Assembly: GCA_049472295.1 (NCBI GenBank)
Contig: JBLIRM010000001.1
Coordinates: forward strand, 1 to 51,636
Length of the DNA stretch: 51,636 nt
Reading direction: 5' to 3'
Source: a bacterium
Lineage (GTDB): Bacteria > SZUA-182 > DTGQ01 > JAFGSM01
The notes below the pieces were generated by a model, which was given only the letters and a program-made list of their open reading frames with translations, was not told where the DNA came from and ran no database searches. A program made the translations under genes and the position numbers. Below, in pieces: positions 38,729 through 46,451 of the stretch. The first letter of the stretch is position 1. Each line of letters starts with the position of its first letter.

Positions 38729-40588
38729 TCAATAAAATAGGATCTTGCTTGGATTGGTCTCCCAGAATTTTCCTATACCGCTTATCAGGACCATGGATAG
38801 GACAAGATCTTTATCATTGTTGCAATTTATATCACCTATTCCCACATCAGTCAAATAGGCATCGATCTGTCCTGAGCACCAGACCTCACTGAATGAGATC
38901 CCGTTCCATTCGATAAGACAGACCTCACCCTTTCGAAAGAGCCGGCTCCAGGGAAAAAGGCTGCCTGTGGAAGAGGTATTCTTGATCAGCATGATGTCCG
39001 GCCTTTTATTCCCGTTCATATCCTGAATCTGAATATGGCTCGAGAGATAGATCCGGTTCTCTTCCTCATTAGACAATACGAGTGCACCCTTTGGTTTATG
39101 CTCGAAAAACAGGGTCTTCGCGCCATACTCGGCATCACTTTCCCATATCTTTTCACCATTACGGTATATCCTGAGCCTCTTATCCAGAGATATCAGCTCC
39201 TGGGTGCCATCCCCATCCAGATCCACCATACCTATGTCTAATATATTCACCCTGGAGGGGAAATCCATCTCCCTCACAGATATAAATCCATCCTTTTCCC
39301 ATGTGTATTCGAAGATATGAGGATCAAAGGGTTCCGTCATTCCCATTCTCTGACCCAAAAGTATCTGCTGGTCCGGATATATCGGCATAACCCTTAAAAA
39401 AAGGGGCGCCTCTTCCCAGATCTTTTTTAATCCGTTTTCCTGCCATTCCAGGACAAAGGAGTGCAGGGCATCCCTTTCCAAATTACTCACAAAGATCTCA
39501 GCACTCCCGTTTCCATTGATATCGGCAACATCCAAAGAGAGATGATCTTCGGAAACCCCTCCTTTGACCTCTGCAATGGATAGCAAGGAGTCTTCCTCCC
39601 AGGCATAGAGATATAGATTCCGGCCATCCGTAATGCAAATCTCGTTTTTTCCGTTGCCGGTAATATCTCCCAGAGCCATATACCTGATTGAAATTGGGAG
39701 ATCTTGGGAAAGATGGGACATGTTTGAAATCCCTCCCTGCGGAGGAGTCATAAATCTTCCGGCCCCCATTCCAGAAGTCCTCAAAGAAGCCGGCAGACTC
39801 TCCAAGGTCTGAGACATTCGAACCGAGGACTCCGCCTTGCATTCACGGGTTATCTCGGTCATCAAGGCGCCTGTATGTGCAGATATGATGCGAACCTTCA
39901 TGATCGACTCATTGGCAGCATCCTTGAGTCCGGGCAGGATAATGGCTGATAATTCAATCTTTTCCGATATTTCTTGAATCTGTAAGGGTGTAAGATCCTC
40001 AAGACCGGGCTCTCCCATTTCCCGGAGCACTGGCATCATCTTACTTCCCGGGATCAAGGTGAACCGACCACTCTGACTTAGTCCTTTAACCAAAGCATCA
40101 AGGATGGGATCTGATGGCATATCCGGCGGAAAAGCAATGGGGATCTTGGCTGTGGTGATCCTGATCTTGTCCCCTCGTTTAATAACCTTCCCGGAAAAGT
40201 TTTGAAGTATTTTGCCGATGCTGTAATTTTCCTCAATCTCCAATATCTGGATAAAGCCCAATTTGTCCTCAAAACGCCCCAGGGTCTCCCCTGTGATGGG
40301 ATGAGTAAATTCCTCACCCTCCCGAATGCATAGGAACTCCATCCCTTTTTTAACACCGGATTCTTTGGTGAGGTCCAAAATGATCCTGTCCTCCTTGACC
40401 TCCACCACATATCCTTCCAAGACCGGGAAAAAAGAGACAATCTCCTCCACCAAGGGACAGGATGTGACACCTTCTGCCGAAAGATCGGCAGAAGCAAAGA
40501 TCATATGAATCAAGATACAAAAAAACAAGGCCCCATAAAAAATATGCCGGATTGAATATAAATTCGGCCATCTGCCTCTATCATTCAA
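38729..40588 (-). CDS. Exported FG-GAP/VCBS-repeat (beta-propeller-like) protein
   Basis: N-terminal hydrophobic anchor or signal. There are five Ca-loop-like motifs of the form D-x-[ND]-G-[ND]-G-x-x-[ED]: GDITGNGKNEI, DVADINGNGSAEI, VDLDGDGTQEL, QDMNGNKRPDI, GDINCNNDKDL. Confidence 0.72.
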   Translation of the reverse strand: MNDRGRWPNLYSIRHIFYGALFFCILIHMIFASADLSAEGVTSCPLVEEIVSFFPVLEGYVVEVKEDRIILDLTKESGVKKGMEFLCIREGEEFTHPITGETLGRFEDKLGFIQILEIEENYSIGKILQNFSGKVIKRGDKIRITTAKIPIAFPPDMPSDPILDALVKGLSQSGRFTLIPGSKMMPVLREMGEPGLEDLTPLQIQEISEKIELSAIILPGLKDAANESIMKVRIISAHTGALMTEITRECKAESSVRMSQTLESLPASLRTSGMGAGRFMTPPQGGISNMSHLSQDLPISIRYMALGDITGNGKNEICITDGRNLYLYAWEEDSLLSIAEVKGGVSEDHLSLDVADINGNGSAEIFVSNLERDALHSFVLEWQENGLKKIWEEAPLFLRVMPIYPDQQILLGQRMGMTEPFDPHIFEYTWEKDGFISVREMDFPSRVNILDIGMVDLDGDGTQELISLDKRLRIYRNGEKIWESDAEYGAKTLFFEHKPKGALVLSNEEENRIYLSSHIQIQDMNGNKRPDIMLIKNTSSTGSLFPWSRLFRKGEVCLIEWNGISFSEVWCSGQIDAYLTDVGIGDINCNNDKDLVLSMVLISGIGKFWETNPSKILFY

Positions 40589-40826
40589 TGGAAAATAAAT
40601 GATGACATCCTCCTGCTCCCCAGCTTACAGCCTTTGCCTAAAGGTATCTACAAAATATGATTAATATAAACAAAAAATTATTAGAAAATTATCACAGGAA
40701 ATAGAGGGATTGTCAAGCAATGGATATGGCTATTTGCCTCTTTTGCAGATTTATAATATCCTTATTTGATGATTGAATCGAATCGTATTTTTATTGCAGC
40801 ATCGTATACGAATGGGAGAACCCGCA

Positions 40827-42119
40827 ATGAAACAAAAGACTTACAGCATTCCCATTAAAGAAGCCCTGATCCTATCATTTCTCTTGACCTTCCTTTTGAG
40901 CCTTCCTCCTCAAATAATAACCGCAAATCAGGTGACCATTAAGGTCCCTGTGGCAACCATTCGAAAGGGGCCTTCACATGATTTTCCCGGGATTGGTGTA
41001 GCATACCAAGGGGAGTCTCTGGAGACTATTGAGGAGGAAGAAAACTGGTTTAAGGTAAGGATGCCCAATCATTCCGAAGGTTGGGTCTGGGGGAGATTGG
41101 TCCAGAACCCGGAGAAAAAGACTCAAAAGGTGGCCATTGCAGAAGACGTCGGCAATATTGAGAATGATCTGCATGAAACAAAGCCCCTTACACTCTCCTT
41201 AAAGGTGATAAGGCCCGCTGTGAATATACGGAAAGGACCCGGTGTGTCCCAACCGTGGAGTGGCACAGCCAGGGCGAATGACCTATTGATTGGATTCGAG
41301 GAGAAGGATGGTTGGTATCGCTGCAAAACTCCGGACGGAAAAGAGGGTTGGGTCATTAGCTCCTCGGTATCCATAGTGCCTATCCATTCCGAATCGGCAA
41401 AATCCGAAATCAGGCATGTCATTATTAATAGTGAAGAAATGTCTGTCAGGGCCGGACCTGCCGATGCCTATCCAAGCCTTGGCGATCTCAGTATAGATGA
41501 AGAGGTGGGTGTTTATCTGGAAGAGGCAGAATGGTTATATATCAAAAGTTCGGATCAAAAGATCGAAGGCTGGATCACAGAAGATGGTATATATGATCCG
41601 GAAAAGCAGAAGGATTTTGATACCCTAAAGGAAGAGGCCCTTAAGATCTCCGAAAAATTGATTCTATATTATGACCAGAAAAAAATGGAAACCATTGCCT
41701 ATCAGGATGCAGGTTGGTATCCTTCTTATACCCTCTTCCTAAAAGAAAAGAATATCCTTATCGATCCATTGCCCGATGGATTGCGGATTGATTTGACCCT
41801 TTCCCTTAGAAAGATCTCGATAGAAACCTTATTCCCATTGCCTGTTGAGACAATCCCCATATCCCTGACCCGTTCCGATCAACTCTTTTTTATGACGCTG
41901 TTTCAGGCGATTATGGAAAATCATACCTACAAAGAGATCGTTATCCATCTGAATGGGCTGAAAGAGGAAAGGGGTTCTTTGAAATGGATTGATGCCGGAA
42001 ACATCTCTTTAAAAAGATCAAAACTTGAGGGTATCGATCTGGACAAGACTGATGTGAATGCATTCTGGGAGCTTTTAAAACACGATAAAATCAGATACTC
42101 ATCCTTTAATGACACCTAA
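40827..42119 (+). CDS. Exported protein with tandem bacterial SH3 (SH3b) domains
   Basis: Signal or anchor ILSFLLTFLLSLPP. At least three repeats fit the pattern [VA]NIRKGPG/IRKGP....G.....W..V....G.EGW[VI], followed by a ~170-aa unassigned C-terminal domain. The start is ATG at 40827 or 40812. Confidence 0.7.
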   Translation: MKQKTYSIPIKEALILSFLLTFLLSLPPQIITANQVTIKVPVATIRKGPSHDFPGIGVAYQGESLETIEEEENWFKVRMPNHSEGWVWGRLVQNPEKKTQKVAIAEDVGNIENDLHETKPLTLSLKVIRPAVNIRKGPGVSQPWSGTARANDLLIGFEEKDGWYRCKTPDGKEGWVISSSVSIVPIHSESAKSEIRHVIINSEEMSVRAGPADAYPSLGDLSIDEEVGVYLEEAEWLYIKSSDQKIEGWITEDGIYDPEKQKDFDTLKEEALKISEKLILYYDQKKMETIAYQDAGWYPSYTLFLKEKNILIDPLPDGLRIDLTLSLRKISIETLFPLPVETIPISLTRSDQLFFMTLFQAIMENHTYKEIVIHLNGLKEERGSLKWIDAGNISLKRSKLEGIDLDKTDVNAFWELLKHDKIRYSSFNDT

Positions 42120-43550
42120 AGGCTTCACTTGTGCCACCTTAAGGGAAATGCCGGCCTCATGCACCACACGGACAACCTCTGAGATTGCTTTATATGCTTC
42201 CGGCATCTCTTCCCTGAGGGTCTCTCTGCCTGTAGCGAAAACCACAATCCCCTTTTCTGCAAGCTCCTTTGAAATCGACCTCCCTTTCGATGCCTTCATG
42301 GCCGCTTTGCGACTCAATGCCCTGCCCGCCCCGTGGCATGTACTGCCAAAGGTTTCAGCCATGGCCCTTTCTGTGCCCTTTAATATATATGAACATGTGC
42401 CCATATCCCCGGGAATAAGGATTGGCTGACCAGTTTTCCGATATCTTTCCGGAAGTTCATGATGACCCGGGGCAAAAGCCCTGGTGGCACCCTTTCTGTG
42501 GACAGCGAGTGTCCTCTTTTTTCCATCCACATGGTGTTCTTCTATCTTTACAATATTATGGGCCACATCATAAATAAGGGACATCCCCAGTTCTTTAGGC
42601 GAAATGCTCAAACCTTGACATAGGGCTTCTTCTGCCCAATGCATCAGGCATTGACGATTCCCCCAGGCATAGTTGGCTGCGCATCTCATTGCAGCAAGGT
42701 ATTGTTGTCCCTCTTTCGAATGGACCGGGGCACATGCCAGTTGTCTATCCGGAAGTTGAATCCCATATTTCTGCGCCGCTTTACCCATAGTCCCCAGATA
42801 ATCCGTACAGACCTGATGGCCAAAACCGCGGGAACCCGAATGGATCATAAGGGTAATCTGGCCCGGTTCAAGGCCGTAATGTCTCGCGGCTTCAGGATCA
42901 TATATCTCTGCCACATATTGGATCTCAATGAAATGATTCCCCGAACCCAGGGTCCCCTGCTGGTTTCTGCCCCGCTCAAAGGCCTTTTGGCTCACGAGAT
43001 CGGGATCGGCACCCTCAAGACATCCCCCTGCTTCGGTATATTCCAGATCTTCAGGTCTGCCGTACCCCCTGGAAATGACCCAGGAAGCCCCTTTCCGAAG
43101 AAGGTCCCCCTCTTCCTTCAGGTTCATTTTAAACTTGCTTTTAGAGCCGACACCCGCAGGCACCTGCTTATATAAAGCCATAACAGCTTTTTCCAGCCTT
43201 TCCTTGGATGCCAGATCCTTTTTGGTCAGCCGGGTCCGCATGATGCGCACACCGCAATTGATATCAAAACCCACGCCTCCGGGGGATACAATCCCATCTT
43301 CGACGCTTGTGGCCACAACCCCGCCGATTGGAAGACCATATCCATAGTGCATATCCGGCATGGCAAGGGATGCCTTGATGATTCCCGGAAAGGTGGCAGC
43401 ATTTGCAAGCTGTTTTAAAGACTCGTCTTTTTTGATGTTTTCTAAAAGCTTATCATCACTATAGAAGATCCCTGGCACCCTCATGCCAGGCTGACAGGTC
43501 ATCGGGATCATGTATTTATAAGGTCCGATTTTTTCAATGGTGATAGACAT
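42099..43550 (-). CDS. rtcB: RNA 3'-phosphate/5'-OH ligase RtcB
   Basis: 483 aa with MPDMHYGYGLPIGGV, GFDINCG, GSGNHFIE, HSGSRGFGHQ and TCHGAGR. These are the complete RtcB metal/GMP-His motifs. Confidence 0.95.
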   Translation of the reverse strand: MSITIEKIGPYKYMIPMTCQPGMRVPGIFYSDDKLLENIKKDESLKQLANAATFPGIIKASLAMPDMHYGYGLPIGGVVATSVEDGIVSPGGVGFDINCGVRIMRTRLTKKDLASKERLEKAVMALYKQVPAGVGSKSKFKMNLKEEGDLLRKGASWVISRGYGRPEDLEYTEAGGCLEGADPDLVSQKAFERGRNQQGTLGSGNHFIEIQYVAEIYDPEAARHYGLEPGQITLMIHSGSRGFGHQVCTDYLGTMGKAAQKYGIQLPDRQLACAPVHSKEGQQYLAAMRCAANYAWGNRQCLMHWAEEALCQGLSISPKELGMSLIYDVAHNIVKIEEHHVDGKKRTLAVHRKGATRAFAPGHHELPERYRKTGQPILIPGDMGTCSYILKGTERAMAETFGSTCHGAGRALSRKAAMKASKGRSISKELAEKGIVVFATGRETLREEMPEAYKAISEVVRVVHEAGISLKVAQVKPLGVIKG

Positions 43551-43775
43551 GATTACATCCTAAAATGATTTGAGAGTGTGAGAATCTCAGGCCAAAAGGC
43601 CTGCCATCCTTTATTGACAGGCATTTTGGCCGAGTGGATCTTACGATTAAACTAAGCTGCTAAAACAATATTCCGCTTTTAATCCTAATGGACTCGAAAG
43701 AAATCATCTAAAAGCTTAATGAAATCTTCTTGGATACATAAAAAAACTCCTATGTAACTTATATAGGGCATCCTG

Positions 43776-43976
43776 CTAAAGCATCTGTCCCGTCGGGGTC
43801 ATATTATCGGATGGCGGCTTTCCAGTCTGCATGCGGATCTTTTTTCTCTCGCATTTCCCAGATTTTTCCTTGCTTTCACAAAACATACTGATCCATCCTT
43901 GCCTAACAACCTCGGAATTCCCTTTATAGTTGATAAAGAATCCGCACTTTTCCAGAAGTTCACATTTTTCCGACAT
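43776..43976 (-). CDS. Small conserved-looking 4-Cys protein (66 aa), function unknown
   Basis: MSEKCELLEKCGFFINY...GWISMFCESKEKSGKCERKK...GKPPSDNMTPTG. The pattern C-x5-C-GFF ... C-x8-C-x-R ... PP.D.M.P.G resembles uncharacterised small proteins I recall from sulfate/metal-reducing bacteria. No RBS was checked beyond a purine-rich upstream stretch. Confidence 0.5.
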   Translation of the reverse strand: MSEKCELLEKCGFFINYKGNSEVVRQGWISMFCESKEKSGKCERKKIRMQTGKPPSDNMTPTGQML

Positions 43977-44145
43977 TAATACTCTCCTTCATTCTAATTC
44001 TCTCACAAAATGGCATTGGCATTCCTACTTAAGCCCTAAGCCAAACTGAATCCTTGCTGTTTTCCTATAGGCCCTCCTTTCCCTCTGACAATCCCGCGGC
44101 ATATCATTGAAGAACGCATTCGAAATTTTTTGCCAAAATCTCTTA

Positions 44146-44360
44146 GCGCAGCGGAGCGCATAAAATTGTAAAAGCTTGAGCGAAGCGAATCCTTTTCCCT
44201 TCCTCCTCCCCTGCATTCGTACAAAGATCATTGAGGCGGTATTGTGGTCTTTTTTGTGAAAGGCTCTTGGCGAAGCGTAGCGTATAAAATTGCAGATGTC
44301 TGAGGGAAGCGAGTTTCTGCAATTTAGCGGAGCAAGCCTTAGAGCCTTCAAAAAAGGCCC
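44146..44360. repeat. GCGAAGCG-rich repeat modules shared with 34791-34952
   Basis: The 47-mer ttggcgaagcgtagcgtataaaattgcagatgtctgagggaagcgag (44267-44313) matches 34791-34837 at 41/47 positions. A diverged copy lies at 44146-44190. agcggagcaagccttaga (44326-44343) is identical to 34922-34939. Confidence 0.6.
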
Positions 44361-44510
44361 TGCAGACGGCCGAGATGACTTTGGACGAATGCATCCACCT
44401 CTAAGCACCGAAATGACTTTTTACGAGTACCTTATTCCGGTTTCATCAGTTTGAGAGTCTCCCAAAAAGTCCATATAACCGCCTAGATGTCTTCTTACGA
44501 ATCCATTATA

Positions 44511-44954
44511 TTATACATCCAGTATCACCCTTGCCAGCCACCCCCCCTTCTCGTCTTCCTGGAGGGATAAACGGTGATATGTGGCCCCCTTGACATCCAT
44601 TTTCAGAACATGTCTCAAAGGATCCACAGGCTCGCCGAAACATGCAGCCTTCAATTGGATCTCGGATAAATCATCTATATGAAAAGCCCGAAAAAGCAGG
44701 TTTTCTGTTTCATGGATAAAAATCAGTTCATTAAGCCAGGCCACAAGGAGATCCTCCTGAGAATCAGCACGAACCTCCAGTTTACGGCAAATTTTCCTTC
44801 GTATATGGGGCAGGGGGCTGATCAGGCTAAAGAGCCCCTTGGCCATATTTACAAACACTTCGACCCGGCTGGACCCGAATGATATCAGTCCCACGTCTGC
44901 TGTGGTATCAATTCTTATGTAAGGTTTAACCAAAGAAAACCTTTGCCACCTCAA
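44511..44954 (-). CDS. Archease (RtcB activator family)
   Basis: N-terminal YIRIDTTADVGLISFG (the D-H/T-T-A-D motif of archease), ~145 aa. The start is TTG at 44954 or TTG at 44933; both overlap the pfk 3' end. Confidence 0.78.
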   Translation of the reverse strand: MRWQRFSLVKPYIRIDTTADVGLISFGSSRVEVFVNMAKGLFSLISPLPHIRRKICRKLEVRADSQEDLLVAWLNELIFIHETENLLFRAFHIDDLSEIQLKAACFGEPVDPLRHVLKMDVKGATYHRLSLQEDEKGGWLARVILDV

Positions 44955-45957
44955 AAAGGTCCATATCCACGGTTTTCAGCGTACCTACGGCCACGGACAA
45001 CGGGATGTCGATGATCTTGTTACCCTGAAGGGCCGCCATTTTCCCAAACCCTCCTTCATGAACAAGATCAATGGCCCTGATGCCATACCTTGTGCCCAAA
45101 ACACGGTCATAGGCCGTTGGCGTGCCCCCGCGCTGGATATGTCCTAGATTGGTCATCCTGGTTTCAGCCCCGGTGCGTTTTTCGATCTCCTTGGCTATAA
45201 ACTCCCCTATGCCGCCCAGCTTTACATGGCCAAAGGCATCCAGTGATTTGTCCTTTGTAAGGAACTGATCGATGTCTTTGGGTTTCGCACCTTCGGCAGC
45301 AACGATGATGGTATAGGCCCTTCCCCTGGCCTGCCGTTTCTTTATCAGTGTGACCAGATCCTCAACTGAAAAAGGGATTTCAGGGATCAGGATACAATCC
45401 GCACCCCCTGCGATACCGCCGATTGTGGCGATCCAGCCGGAATGCCTCCCCATGACCTCAACAACCATAACCCTGTTGTGAGATTCTGCTGTGGTATGAA
45501 GCCTGTCTATGGCCTCTGTCACGATCTGCGTAGCTGTATCGAAACCGAAGGTATAATCCGTACCTGACAGATCATTATCTATGGTTTTGGGCACACCCAC
45601 CACAGATATACCCTCCTGATGCAGTTTGTTAGCCACGCCCAGGGTGTCCTCTCCGCCGATGGCAATCAGCGCTTCAAGTTTCTCAGTCTTCATATTGTCA
45701 AATATCTTTTTTACGCCACCCTCCACCTTGTAGGGGTTTGTCCTGGACGTGCCCAGGATTGTACCCCCCCTCGGAAGTATTCCGGATATCTGATCCTTGC
45801 CAAGGGGACCCATGATATTTTCAATGAGGCCTGCCCAGCCATGCCTGATCCCAATAAATTCATCACCATATTGATCTATGCCTTTTCGGACAATGGCCCT
45901 GATAACCGCATTTAATCCGGGGCAATCCCCGCCACCAGTCAATATACCCACTCGCAT
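44926..45957 (-). CDS. pfk: 6-phosphofructokinase, PfkA family (residue signature suggests PPi-dependence)
   Basis: MRVGILTGGGDCPGLNAVIR, IGGEDT, PKTIDNDL, MGRHSGW and LGHIQRGG. The positions equivalent to E. coli G104 and G124 are Asp and Lys. Confidence 0.88.
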   Translation of the reverse strand: MRVGILTGGGDCPGLNAVIRAIVRKGIDQYGDEFIGIRHGWAGLIENIMGPLGKDQISGILPRGGTILGTSRTNPYKVEGGVKKIFDNMKTEKLEALIAIGGEDTLGVANKLHQEGISVVGVPKTIDNDLSGTDYTFGFDTATQIVTEAIDRLHTTAESHNRVMVVEVMGRHSGWIATIGGIAGGADCILIPEIPFSVEDLVTLIKKRQARGRAYTIIVAAEGAKPKDIDQFLTKDKSLDAFGHVKLGGIGEFIAKEIEKRTGAETRMTNLGHIQRGGTPTAYDRVLGTRYGIRAIDLVHEGGFGKMAALQGNKIIDIPLSVAVGTLKTVDMDLFEVAKVFFG

Positions 45958-45978
45958 CTTTAAGGCACCTCCTCTTTT

Positions 45979-46410
45979 TTATTTGGTTTTTGTAATAGTC
46001 GGCTGATATTTTCTCATATGGTAACCTGTGCCGCTTTTTACTTTGATTAGTATAAACACAGCAAGCATACAGGTCAACCCGCCGATGACAGCCCCTGTAT
46101 CCTCACTGAACATGAGGCCAAAGGAACGGATAAACCAGCGTCCCAAAAGTGCCCCTATGAGCAGGCCAAAAAGGGGGAAAATATAGATAATAAAGGAGGC
46201 CCTTAGTAGTAATCCGTCCCTGATCTCTATCTCTACCATCTGCCCTTCTTGAGCCCCAACCGGGTTTTTTGCCAAGACCTCTCTTTCCCCGCTTTTCCCC
46301 ATATGACACAGAGTGGCAGAAGGACAGCCGTGACAGGCATCTTGCTTTTTGACACGCACCACTGCGCCCTCTGGAACAATTTTGATGACGATCCCTTCTT
46401 CTTTTGGCAT
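45979..46410 (-). CDS. RseC/MucC (SoxR-reducing system) family membrane protein
   Basis: 143 aa. The N-terminal OB-like segment carries C-x2-C-x5-C (ACHGCPSATLC), followed by two TM helices. This is the typical RseC layout. Confidence 0.72.
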   Translation of the reverse strand: MPKEEGIVIKIVPEGAVVRVKKQDACHGCPSATLCHMGKSGEREVLAKNPVGAQEGQMVEIEIRDGLLLRASFIIYIFPLFGLLIGALLGRWFIRSFGLMFSEDTGAVIGGLTCMLAVFILIKVKSGTGYHMRKYQPTITKTK

Positions 46411-46451
46411 GTTAATTCAGGACGATCTTCAGATTATAGCTGATCTTTGAA

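Noticed and set aside
43588-43612. Sigma54-like promoter upstream of rtcB (minus strand TGGCAGgccttTTGGC), as expected from the E. coli RtcR/sigma54 paradigm
   Set aside because: The -12 element reads TTGG rather than TTGC, so the invariant GC is displaced by one position. No RtcR-like activator gene is in the window. The sequence is also part of a palindrome (AGGCCTTTTGGCCT) that could equally be a hairpin.
44025-44408. ORFs of 127, 83 and 62 aa in the rtcB-archease spacer
   Set aside because: Three overlapping frames run across the GCGAAGCG repeat modules. The translations are the repetitive RFA-type strings (e.g. LRFAKS) that such repeats produce. No RBS is present.
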